Positions 26,638 to 35,549 of a stretch of 64,000 nucleotides of DNA are shown here, piece after piece. The stretch lies in NCBI GenBank assembly GCA_047601445.1, contig JASGJH010000001.1:7136001-7200000 (forward strand). Reading direction: 5' to 3'. The notes below the pieces were generated by a model, which saw only the letters and a list, made by a program, of their open reading frames with translations, did no database searches and was not told the origin of the DNA. Origin of the DNA: Myxococcales bacterium. Lineage in GTDB: Bacteria > Myxococcota_A > Polyangia > Polyangiales > DASUME01. How positions within the stretch are numbered: position 1 is the first letter of the stretch; the number at the start of each line of letters is the position of its first letter. A program made the position numbers and the translations under genes.

Positions 26638-28581
26638 TCACGTGGGGTCCTCCCAAAAGGCGCGTACCTCGCTGAGCGAGTAGCAGCGGCTGGCCTCGGG
26701 TAGGCTCTTCAAGAACACGCGTCCGTAGCCCTTGCTGGAGAGCCGGCGATCCAGCACCGCCACGATGCCGCGATCACTCTGGGTGCGGATCAAGCGCCCG
26801 AAACCCTGCTTGAGCGAGAGCGCAGCCTGCGGCACCAGATAGCCCATGAACGCGTTCTCACCGCGCTCTTCCATCAACTTGCAGCGCGCCTCCACCAGGG
26901 GATCGGTGGGAACGTCGAATGGGAGCTTGTCGATCACCACGAGCCGCAGCGCCGAGCCGGGGACGTCCACGCCCTCCCAGAAGCTGGCGCTCGCGAACAG
27001 CACCGCATCGCCCTGTGCCTTGAAGGTGTCGAGCAGCTCGGTCTTGGGCGCCATGCCCTGCACCAGGGGAGGGCGGTGCAGCTTGGGCGCGCAGGCCGCG
27101 TGCAGCTCGCGCATCATGCGCAGCGACGTGCACAGCACGAAGGCGCCGCCGCCGGTGAGCTCGATCAAGTCGAGGATCTCCTTGGTGGCCGCCTCCAAGA
27201 AGCGTGGGTCGCGCGGCTCGGGGATCTCGCGTGGGATGTAGAGCGCGGCTTGCATGCCGTAGTCGAAGGGGGAGGGCAGGCTGAGCTCGTCGACCTCGAA
27301 GTCGATGCCGATGCGGCGCTTGACGAAGCTGAAGTCGCCCGCGGTACTCAGCGTGGCGCTCGTGAGCACGGCCGCGCCGCCGCGCTCGAAGATGCGCTCA
27401 CGCAAGAGCTCGCCCACCTCGACCGGACTCGCTCCCACCGACGTACTGCGCCCGCGCGTCTCGGCCCATGTCACGTGGCGCTGCTTGCCCTCGAAGATCA
27501 CGTTGAGGTCGTCGCGCGCGCGCCGCGTGCGCCGGGCTACCTGGGCCACTGCCTCGCTCGCAGGAGCCGAGAGTTTGGCGTCGGTCTCCAGGGCTTCGAG
27601 CGCGGCATCCAGGCCGAAGACGTGCTCGCGCGCGTTGGCTGCCAGGCTCTGCACCGAGAGGGTCCTGCGACCCGCTTCGTTCTCGCGGCCGCGTGGGAGG
27701 CTGCTGAAGAACTGGCTCGCCGCGGTGAGCACCGCACGTCCCAGGGGTTCCTTGGACTCGAACAGTTTGGCGGCGCGAAAGGCGCGCTCGGCGTCGCGCA
27801 CCAGGGTCTCGATGCGGGCCGTACTCAAGCGCACGCCGAAGAACTCCGTGACCACGTCTTCGATCTGGTGCGCCTCGTCGAAGATCACCGCGTCGTAGTC
27901 CGGGATGGCGCCGCCGCCCTGCGGTGCGTCGCGTAGTGCGAGGTCGGCGAAGAACAGGTGGTGATTGACCACGATGATCTGCGCCTCCTCCGCGGCCCTT
28001 CGCATCTTGGTGACGAAGCAGCGATCGAAGTGGCCGCAGCGCTGTCCGATTCGCGTTTCGGAGCTGCTGTGTACCTGGCCCCAGATGGGCGCGTCTTCGG
28101 GCACGGAGTTGAAGTCGGAGCGCTCGCCGCTGTGGCTGCCGGCGCGAAACTCGCGCAACAGCGGCAGATGTTTGGCGAACTGCGGCAGGTCGGCCTCGGG
28201 GCTGTGGACGAACTCCTCGTAACGACGCAGGCACAGGTAGTTGTTGAGCCCCTTCATCAGGGCCGCGTTCACGGGGATTCCCAGGTAACTCTCGAGCAAG
28301 GGCAGATCCCGCTGCATGATCTGGTCCTGCAAGGTCTTGGTGCCCGTGGAGATCACCACGCGCTTGCCCGACAACAGCGCGGGTACGAGGTAGGCCAGCG
28401 TCTTCCCGGTGCCCGTGCCCGCTTCGACCAGGGCGATGCCCCCTTCGCTGAGCGCGTGCTCCACGGTTTCCGCCATCTCGAGCTGCTGCGGACGGTGCTC
28501 GTAGCCCTCGATGGCTCGCGCCAAAGGACCGTTGGGGCCGAGCAAATCCACTGCACGCATCGCCGCGCGGTCTAGCACCAA
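26638..28581 (-). CDS. DinG/YoaA family ATP-dependent DNA helicase
   Basis: EAGTGTGKT, Fe-S cysteines, DEAH, TSAT, FWEGVD, QGFGRLIR. Confidence 0.96.
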   Translation of the reverse strand: MVLDRAAMRAVDLLGPNGPLARAIEGYEHRPQQLEMAETVEHALSEGGIALVEAGTGTGKTLAYLVPALLSGKRVVISTGTKTLQDQIMQRDLPLLESYLGIPVNAALMKGLNNYLCLRRYEEFVHSPEADLPQFAKHLPLLREFRAGSHSGERSDFNSVPEDAPIWGQVHSSSETRIGQRCGHFDRCFVTKMRRAAEEAQIIVVNHHLFFADLALRDAPQGGGAIPDYDAVIFDEAHQIEDVVTEFFGVRLSTARIETLVRDAERAFRAAKLFESKEPLGRAVLTAASQFFSSLPRGRENEAGRRTLSVQSLAANAREHVFGLDAALEALETDAKLSAPASEAVAQVARRTRRARDDLNVIFEGKQRHVTWAETRGRSTSVGASPVEVGELLRERIFERGGAAVLTSATLSTAGDFSFVKRRIGIDFEVDELSLPSPFDYGMQAALYIPREIPEPRDPRFLEAATKEILDLIELTGGGAFVLCTSLRMMRELHAACAPKLHRPPLVQGMAPKTELLDTFKAQGDAVLFASASFWEGVDVPGSALRLVVIDKLPFDVPTDPLVEARCKLMEERGENAFMGYLVPQAALSLKQGFGRLIRTQSDRGIVAVLDRRLSSKGYGRVFLKSLPEASRCYSLSEVRAFWEDPT

Positions 28582-28677
28582 ATGGCGGGCTCTGCGGGCC
28601 CCCAGCGGGGCGCCTCAGCGCACGCGTCGGCAGGCCCGGGCCCTGCGTGGGCAGGGCGCCTGTGGTAGGCCCAGCAC

Positions 28678-29376
28678 GTGCTTCCGTTGCGCGACATCAA
28701 CCCCACACGGCGCGCCCCCGTCGTGACCTACCTCTTGATCGCCGCGAACCTCGGAGTGTTCATCTACGAGTTCCTGGTGCTCACGCCGGCGCAAGGCGAG
28801 CGCTTCGTGCTGCAGCATGCCGTGGTGCCCGACTATCTGTTCTCGGGCTACGGACCTAGCCTGTCCACGGTGTTCACCAGCATGTTCATGCACGGCGGCA
28901 TCGGACATCTCGCGTCGAACATGTGGTTTTTGCACGTCTTCGGGGACAACGTCGAAGACATCCTCGGCCACGGGCGCTACCTCTTCTTCTACCTGCTGAC
29001 GGGGGTGATCTCGGCGGTGGCCCACGGCCTCATCGATCCCTCGAGTCACGTCCCCCTGGTGGGCGCTTCGGGCGCCATCTCAGGCGTGCTCGGTGCCTAC
29101 ATCGTGATGTTTCCGCGCGCGCGTGTGGTGACCTTGGTGATCCTCTTCTTGTTCGAGGTTCCGGCCTTCTTCTTCATCTTGTTCTGGTTCGCGATCCAGG
29201 TGTTCTCGGGCTTCGGCGCGCTGGCTGCGCCGACCCAGGCCGGCGTGGCCTTCTTCGCCCACGTCGGAGGCTTCTTGGCTGGCGTCTCCTACGTGGTCAT
29301 CACGGGCGCGCGCAACCGACAGCCGGCACCCTACCTGGGCCCCCGGCTCTCGACTCGGGCCTTGAAGCGGCGTTAA
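28678..29376 (+). CDS. Rhomboid family intramembrane serine protease
   Basis: SMFMHGGIGHLASNM, GASGAISG, FAHVGGF. Confidence 0.95.
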   Translation: MLPLRDINPTRRAPVVTYLLIAANLGVFIYEFLVLTPAQGERFVLQHAVVPDYLFSGYGPSLSTVFTSMFMHGGIGHLASNMWFLHVFGDNVEDILGHGRYLFFYLLTGVISAVAHGLIDPSSHVPLVGASGAISGVLGAYIVMFPRARVVTLVILFLFEVPAFFFILFWFAIQVFSGFGALAAPTQAGVAFFAHVGGFLAGVSYVVITGARNRQPAPYLGPRLSTRALKRR

Positions 29377-29381
29377 ACAGT

Positions 29382-29407
29382 GCGGGGAGGTCACGCGACC
29401 TCCCCGC
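29382..29407 (+). terminator. Perfect 11-bp hairpin after the rhomboid gene
   Basis: GCGGGGAGGTC-ACGC-GACCTCCCCGC. Confidence 0.65.
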
Positions 29408-29446
29408 CAAGCTTCGCTGCGCTCGCGAAGAGCGCCTCGCGCTAGC

Positions 29447-31339
29447 TCAACCGAATGGGTTGTCAGGGACTTCTGGCTTGGGCTCGGGCTTGGGCTCGGC
29501 CTTGGGCGGTTCGGGCTTGGGCTCGTCGACCTTGGGCGCGGGGGCGGGCTCGGGCTTGGGCTCCTCGGCCTTGGGGGCCGGGGCGGGCTCGGGCTTGGGC
29601 TCCTCGGGCTTGGCTTCCGCCGGCGCCGGCGCTTCACCAGCAGGCGCAGCTTCGGGCTTGGGCTTGGCCACCGCGGCGGGCTTGGGCTTGGCGGGAGCCG
29701 GAGCCACCGGCTTCGGAGCCACGGGCGCTGCTGGAGTCGGCGCGACCACGGGCTTCTCCGGCACGGCCTCGAGCGTGAGCTGGACCGAGCCGCGCATGGC
29801 GTCTTCGGTCTGCGTGAATGCGTCGAGCGCGACCGTGGCGTCGGCGTTTTGGTAGCCGGCTAGCTTGGCGCTCGCCTTGAGGGCGGTCTTGGGCGGAACG
29901 GGGAAGCTGAGGTCCACCGGCGACACGCCGCGCTTGCCACCAGCGATGACCGTGGCGCCCGGAGGCGTGGTCTCCACATGCAGCACGAAGGGCAGCACCT
30001 TGAGCGCGAAGCGCACCGTCTTCGCGGCCTCGGGCGTGAGCTCCTGCGAAGCGGTCGCGTAGGTGGCCAGGCCCGCGCTGATGGTCACGGGCTTGCCCTT
30101 CTCGAGGTCCAGCACCACCGGCGCGACTCCCTTGGCCACGCCCCCCACCGAAACCTCGGCGCCGGGCGGTTGGGTGGAGACGCGAATGGCCACGGTTTCG
30201 ACGGGAGCCGCGGGCTCCGCAACGACCTCGGGTGCGGGCTCAGGCGTGGGCTCCGCGGGTGCCGGCGTGGGCTCGGCGGGCGGCGGTTCGGGCGCGGGGG
30301 CCGGCTGCGCCGCGGGTTCGGCGGCCTTGGGGGGCTCGACCGCACTGGCCGGGGTCTCCGTGTTGGCCTCGGGACCTCCGCGCATGGCCACGAATGCCGC
30401 CACGCCGAGCACGGCGGCGATGGCGAGGATGGGCAGCAGCGGGCTCCTCTTCTCGGTCCCGGGCGGCGGCGGAGGCAGCGACGACTCCACGCGCATGACC
30501 GGCGAAGGCAGCGGCGCGGCCGGAGCGACTGGCGGCAACGCCACCTTGGCGGGCGGGGGCAGCGAAGGCTTCTTCGCGTCTGCCGTGGGGCTGGGGTCTT
30601 CGGGCGCCTTCACCTCGCCGGCAGCCGGTCGGTCCGACCTGCGCGCGGGCGGCACGCTCAGACCCGGGTCGATGATCATCGAGGGCAATGCCTCGGCGCT
30701 CTTGCGCTGCTGCTGCTCGGCTTCCGCCACGCGCTGCGCTTCGATCTGCTTGGTGCGTACGCGCGCTTCTTCGGCCTTCTGCTCGGCCTCGCGCGCGGCT
30801 GCCTCGTCGCTCACTTCGGAGAACGCGGCGGCCAAGAATTCAGCGGCCTGGCGCACCGCCGTGCGGTCTTCGGGCGGCGGCAATTCTGCGGGGCCTGCGT
30901 CGGGGAAGAAGCCTCCGCCATCGCTCGAAGCTGCGCCCGGAGGCGGCGTCACGCTGTCGACGCTGACGTTCTCGCGCCCTTCTTCGTAGGCACCTGCGGA
31001 CCCTTCGGAGGCGGCGATGATGCGATCCACCATCACGCGGCTCTCGTTGTCCATCTTGATGAACTTGATGCCCATGCCGGCCGGGCGATCGGGTCCCGCG
31101 CGGTCTTCGCTGCGCGTCCACACCACGCGTCCCACGCCCTTGATCAGCTGCGACTCGTCCTTGAGCTGGAACTGGAACTTCAGCAGCGTGCCCACGGGCA
31201 TGGGCTGGCTCGACTTGATGAAGATGCCGCCTCGCGAGACATCCTTGCAATAGTGCTCGATGAACTCGTCCACCGTCGCACTCTTGAAGCGGACCTTCAG
31301 GGAAACTGGAGCGCGCTTGTCTTTGCGCGTGTCGGACAT
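29447..31339 (-). CDS. TIGR02266-type PilZ-like domain, TM helix, PEGA domains and Pro/Lys/Glu-rich tail
   Basis: RKDKR, DVSRGGIFI, GRVVW, GMGIKF; TM; two TxPPGA PEGA-like units; PKPE repeats. Confidence 0.88.
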   Translation of the reverse strand: MSDTRKDKRAPVSLKVRFKSATVDEFIEHYCKDVSRGGIFIKSSQPMPVGTLLKFQFQLKDESQLIKGVGRVVWTRSEDRAGPDRPAGMGIKFIKMDNESRVMVDRIIAASEGSAGAYEEGRENVSVDSVTPPPGAASSDGGGFFPDAGPAELPPPEDRTAVRQAAEFLAAAFSEVSDEAAAREAEQKAEEARVRTKQIEAQRVAEAEQQQRKSAEALPSMIIDPGLSVPPARRSDRPAAGEVKAPEDPSPTADAKKPSLPPPAKVALPPVAPAAPLPSPVMRVESSLPPPPPGTEKRSPLLPILAIAAVLGVAAFVAMRGGPEANTETPASAVEPPKAAEPAAQPAPAPEPPPAEPTPAPAEPTPEPAPEVVAEPAAPVETVAIRVSTQPPGAEVSVGGVAKGVAPVVLDLEKGKPVTISAGLATYATASQELTPEAAKTVRFALKVLPFVLHVETTPPGATVIAGGKRGVSPVDLSFPVPPKTALKASAKLAGYQNADATVALDAFTQTEDAMRGSVQLTLEAVPEKPVVAPTPAAPVAPKPVAPAPAKPKPAAVAKPKPEAAPAGEAPAPAEAKPEEPKPEPAPAPKAEEPKPEPAPAPKVDEPKPEPPKAEPKPEPKPEVPDNPFG

Positions 31340-31426
31340 TCGGGATCCTCCGAAACCGCTGGGCGAGCGTCGTCCACCGCCAAGCCCACGTATCGTAACG
31401 GATCTTTTTGAATCAAAACCAGAATC

Positions 31427-32281
31427 TCATGGATCGATGGGGGGGAAGGCCCGGAGAGTCCGCGCTAGCCCATGCTCGGACACGAGCTCGACGCGTACCG
31501 TGGCCCGGACGGGGGCGGTCCCCACGTGCTCGCCAATCACGAAACCACGGGTGCCCCGCGCATCCGAGTGCGTAATTGCCGCGTCGCACGCGAGGAAACC
31601 GTGGCGTCGCAGCGATTCGACGTAACCCAGCAGAAAGCTCGAGCGCCCCTCGAGCGGCGCTCGTGGGCTCTCGAAGGCGAGACTCGCACGGGCCGTTTGC
31701 CGCATCCGCGCACACCCTCCCACTGCACTCACGGCCAGGCACGCGATCTCGTCGGCGGGCAGATCGGGCGCGAGTTCGGTGCACAGACCCCCCTGCGCTG
31801 GTGTGAGCTCGAGCCAGCCGGGGTTCGCGCGCGCAGGGGGACCTCCGAGCTGATCGAGCACCCGGGCGTAGCTCGGCGCGAGCTCGGGCCACACCTCGAG
31901 CAGGGGGGCCAGCGCGAAGCTGCGATGGACGAGCTCGGCGTGCGGCACCTGCAGTCGCGGCGTGTGCACCGGCCCCTCCGACCAGTGCAAAATGTCGATA
32001 TCCAGCGTGCGTGCCCCCCAGCGTTCGCGCCGCTCCCGACCGAGCAAGATCTCCACCTGCTGGGTGACCTGAAACAGCCCTTCCAGCCCGCCGCACCACG
32101 CGATCCGGGCGGCCGCGTTCAAGTAGTCAGGCTGCGGCGGACCGAGCGGTGGTGTCTCGTAGAGCTGCGAACGTGCCACGACACGCAGGCCGGGCTGACC
32201 CGCGAGGAGCTCCAACGCGCAGCGGAGCAGCGCGCGTCTCGCGCCGAGGTTGCTGCCGAAGCCGAGGACCGCCTGGGGCAC
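31427..32281 (-). CDS. folK: HPPK (FolK) with a ~120-aa C-terminal extension
   Basis: LGFGSNLG, SQLYETPP, DYLNAA, ERWGARTLDIDIL, VPH..L..RSFAL.PL; GTG start at 32281 is inferred. Confidence 0.9.
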   Translation of the reverse strand: MPQAVLGFGSNLGARRALLRCALELLAGQPGLRVVARSQLYETPPLGPPQPDYLNAAARIAWCGGLEGLFQVTQQVEILLGRERRERWGARTLDIDILHWSEGPVHTPRLQVPHAELVHRSFALAPLLEVWPELAPSYARVLDQLGGPPARANPGWLELTPAQGGLCTELAPDLPADEIACLAVSAVGGCARMRQTARASLAFESPRAPLEGRSSFLLGYVESLRRHGFLACDAAITHSDARGTRGFVIGEHVGTAPVRATVRVELVSEHGLARTLRAFPPIDP

Positions 32282-32357
32282 GACGCAGGCGATAGCATGG
32301 GCGACGCCTCGCGCGCCGGTGCGCGGTGCGAGCGTCCGAGATAGGCTCGGGCCGGCC

Positions 32358-33794
32358 GTGCGTTTTCGGGACGAAGAACAGATGTTGACCGTGGGCGGGT
32401 TGAACCGGGCCGTGCGCCTGCAGCTCGAGCACACCTGGGGCGACCTGCGCATCGTGGGCGAGATTGGAGACCTCTCGCGGCCCGCCTCCGGACACCTCTA
32501 CTTCACGCTCAACGACGAGGTCGAAGCGGCGCAATTGCGCGTGGTGATGTTCAAGAGCGACGTCCGGCGCAGCCGCGCTGTGCTCGAGAACGGTGCCCGC
32601 GTGGCCCTGCGCGGATCGCTGACGCTCTTCGAACCCCGCGGGACGTTCCAATTCCAGGCGCGTGCGGCCCTGCCCGCCGGGGCCGGCCAGCTCAGTGCGC
32701 ATTTCAAGCGTTTGCTGGAGAAGCTCAAGGCCGAGGGCTTGCTGGACCCCGCGCGCAAGCGCCCCCTGCCGCTCCTTCCGCGCTGCATCGGCCTCGTCAC
32801 CAGCGAGCAGGGCGCAGCCATGCACGACGTCATTCGCGTGGCCCACGAGCGCTGTCCGGTGCGCATCGTGGTGTCCCCTTGTCTGGTCCAGGGCAGCGAG
32901 GCGCCGCGCTCCATCGTGGTGGCCCTGCGCGCGGTGCAGCGCGTCCCCGAAGTCGATGTGGTGATCCTCGCCCGTGGCGGCGGCGGCGCCGAAGACTTGT
33001 GGGCGTTCAACGACGAGAACGTGGCGCGCGCCATCGTGGCCGCGCGTGTGCCCGTGGTCACTGGCATCGGGCACGAGGTCGACACCACCATCGCGGACCT
33101 GGTCGCCGACGTGCGCGCCGCCACGCCCTCCAATGCCGCCGAAGTGACCGTCCCCCAGCATCGCGAGCTCGAGGACCAGCTGGCCCAGCGCCTGCGACGC
33201 CTCTCGCGCGGCTTCGAGACGCGCCTCGCGCGCGAGCGTCTGCTGCTGGCGCGACTCGGCGCCAAACTCAAGCATCCACGCGCGCTGCTAGGCCGCGGCG
33301 AGCAGCGCCTGGCCAGCCTCGAGGAGCGCCTGGCACGCGCCATCCAGCGCCGCCTCACGCGCAGCGAAGCCCTGCTCGACGCCCAGAAACGCCGGCTGGT
33401 CCCCTGCGATCCGCGCACCCGGCTCTCCCTCCAGCGCAGCGGCTTCGAGCGCGCCCGTACACGCCTCGCCCTGGTGCGCCTCGGCATGTTCGCCCGCCCG
33501 CGTCGCCACATCGAGCAGCGCCAGCGCACGCTCGAGCAAAACATCGAGAAGCGCGTGCTGCGCGATCAGCATCGGTTCGCCTTCCTGGTGGGCCGCATGC
33601 AAGCGCTCTCGCCTCTGAGTGTGCTCTCACGCGGCTACGCCATCGCTTTCTCGGAGCGCAGTGGCAAGGCCCTGCGCAGCGCCGAGGAGACCGCGCCCGG
33701 GGAGCATCTGAGGTTGCGCCTCGCGTCGGGCGAACTCACCGCCCAGGTCCTCACCACCGCTCCGGACGTCCCATTGCCGAAGGACGAGTCCTAG
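32358..33794 (+). CDS. xseA: Exodeoxyribonuclease VII large subunit
   Basis: SGHLYFTL, ARGGGGAEDLWAFNDE, GIGHEVD, TPSNAAE, LSPLSVLSRGY; start uncertain. Confidence 0.96.
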   Translation: MRFRDEEQMLTVGGLNRAVRLQLEHTWGDLRIVGEIGDLSRPASGHLYFTLNDEVEAAQLRVVMFKSDVRRSRAVLENGARVALRGSLTLFEPRGTFQFQARAALPAGAGQLSAHFKRLLEKLKAEGLLDPARKRPLPLLPRCIGLVTSEQGAAMHDVIRVAHERCPVRIVVSPCLVQGSEAPRSIVVALRAVQRVPEVDVVILARGGGGAEDLWAFNDENVARAIVAARVPVVTGIGHEVDTTIADLVADVRAATPSNAAEVTVPQHRELEDQLAQRLRRLSRGFETRLARERLLLARLGAKLKHPRALLGRGEQRLASLEERLARAIQRRLTRSEALLDAQKRRLVPCDPRTRLSLQRSGFERARTRLALVRLGMFARPRRHIEQRQRTLEQNIEKRVLRDQHRFAFLVGRMQALSPLSVLSRGYAIAFSERSGKALRSAEETAPGEHLRLRLASGELTAQVLTTAPDVPLPKDES

Positions 33795-33810
33795 GGGAAA
33801 CTCGCGCTCG

Positions 33811-34659
33811 ATGAGCGCCACCTACGGCATCCTCGGCTGGCCCGTCGAGCATTCTCGTTCCCCAGCCATGCAGAACGCCGCGTTCGCGGCCCGTGGGCTG
33901 GACGCGACCTACGTGCGCTTTCCGGTGCACCCCGACGACGTGGCCCAGGCCATCGCGGGGCTGCGCGCGCTCGGTATCCGCGGGGCCAACGTCACCGTTC
34001 CCCACAAGGAGGCCGTCATCGATCTGCTCGACGAGGTCACGCCCGAGGCCCGCGCCATCGGCGCCGTGAACACCATCGTGCGCGATGGCGAGCGGCTGCT
34101 CGGTCACAACACGGACGCCGAGGGCCTCACGCGATCGCTCGAAGAGGCTGGCGTGAACGTGGTCGGCAGCAACGTGCTGGTGATCGGCGCGGGCGGCGCT
34201 GCGCGGGCAGCGGTCGCCGGGCTGGCCAAGCGAGGGGCCGCCCGGGTCTGCGTGGCTGCGCGCCGCTTCGAGCAGGCAGGACAGCTGGTGGAGGCCCTGA
34301 GCGACGTTTGCACACCTTGTCCCCTCGTGGCCTGCGATCTCTCACCGCTGACCCTCAGCGAGGCCATGGCCGAGAGCCACTTGCTCGTGCAGTCCACGAG
34401 CGCGACCCTGGCCACCTCGCCCGATGCCGCCGCGTTCGCTGCGCTGCTCCCCCTGGAGCTCATGCCCGCCAAGGCCAGCGTGGTGGATCTCGTGTACAAG
34501 CCGCGCGAGACCAGCGTGCTGGCCAAGGCACGCGAACTGGGACTGCGGGGGGTCGATGGGCTCGGCATGCTGCTGCACCAGGGCGCCCTGGCCTTCGAGC
34601 TCTGGACCCACCTGCCCGCTCCGGTCGCCCAGATGCGGGCTGCCCTCGAGGGGCCCTAG
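33811..34659 (+). CDS. aroE: Shikimate dehydrogenase
   Basis: HSRSPAMQ, NVTVPHKE, GAVNT, NTD, GAGGAARA, DGLGMLLHQG. Confidence 0.96.
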   Translation: MSATYGILGWPVEHSRSPAMQNAAFAARGLDATYVRFPVHPDDVAQAIAGLRALGIRGANVTVPHKEAVIDLLDEVTPEARAIGAVNTIVRDGERLLGHNTDAEGLTRSLEEAGVNVVGSNVLVIGAGGAARAAVAGLAKRGAARVCVAARRFEQAGQLVEALSDVCTPCPLVACDLSPLTLSEAMAESHLLVQSTSATLATSPDAAAFAALLPLELMPAKASVVDLVYKPRETSVLAKARELGLRGVDGLGMLLHQGALAFELWTHLPAPVAQMRAALEGP

Positions 34660-34808
34660 GAAAGGGTTAACGAGCGCCTTGCCAGCTTGGCAGCGTCGAC
34701 TCGGCGGTCCGTAGTCGGCTTGTCAGTTTGTCATCGAGGGCAGGCGAGCTCACGCTTTGAGAGCACCAGGATCCACGAATTGATTGGGCAATTGCGGAAG
34801 GCCATGCC

Positions 34809-34824
34809 TGGCACGCACGCTGCA
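34809..34824 (+). promoter_or_regulatory. Putative sigma-54 promoter
   Basis: TGGCACG-CACG-CTGCA, about 14 nt before GTG 34838. Confidence 0.55.
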
Positions 34825-34837
34825 AACCCCGTCTGTC

Positions 34838-35278
34838 GTGCGACCCATTGGAACGACCCTTCTGATTGCCTTCCTCAGTTTGAGCGGCGTGGCCGTGGCG
34901 GCCGACGCCCTGGTCACGACCGAGCGCGAGGAGCTCGACGGCTTCCTCGACGACGTCACGTGCGACAAGCCGGAGGCCCGCATCGAGGGCGCACTCGGCT
35001 ACGTGAACCCGAGCGTCGCCTCGGTGAAGCTCTCGGCCGATGGTTCGCTGCAGGAGTTCGCGGCAGGGGATAGCGGCCAACTGGCGGACGCGGTGCGCGG
35101 CGCCCTTGGCGTGTTCGACTCGTCGGACCAGGACCTGCTCCAGCACTCGGTGCGAGTCGACGGCAGCCACGCCACCGTCACCACGCGCATGGGCGACTCT
35201 GGCTACGAGCAGACGGTGATCTACGACCTTGTGCGCAAGGACGAGCGCTGGCTGGTGCGCTCGATGCGCGTGCTTTGA
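34838..35278 (+). CDS. Secreted hypothetical protein (possible NTF2-like fold)
   Basis: Signal peptide; VRVDGSHATVT...YDLVRKDERWLV C-terminal pattern. Confidence 0.7.
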   Translation: MRPIGTTLLIAFLSLSGVAVAADALVTTEREELDGFLDDVTCDKPEARIEGALGYVNPSVASVKLSADGSLQEFAAGDSGQLADAVRGALGVFDSSDQDLLQHSVRVDGSHATVTTRMGDSGYEQTVIYDLVRKDERWLVRSMRVL

Positions 35279-35549
35279 CCCCGTTCTGATCCCGCGAACA
35301 CTACCCGCGAGACTGCTCTCGGGAGCGAGGTCGGCCTTCAGTCTGCGCGCAGGTGCGTGCCACGCCTCCCCCGGCTCGACGTGAGCTGCATGACCTACTT
35401 GGACCCCCGCAGGTCAGCCGGTTGGGCGCTAAGGCCATTGCATCGCGGGCAAGCGAACGTGCGATAATGCGCAAAAGCGCCGGGGTTCCGCTTCCATGGC
35501 ACCTCGCTCGCCTCGACATTGGTCCACGTTATCGTCGCGCTGAGAACAG

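Noticed and set aside
29460..29700. Repeated GGCTCGGGCTTG units as a CRISPR or DNA repeat array
   Set aside because: They encode PKPE peptide repeats; there are no unique spacers and no cas genes
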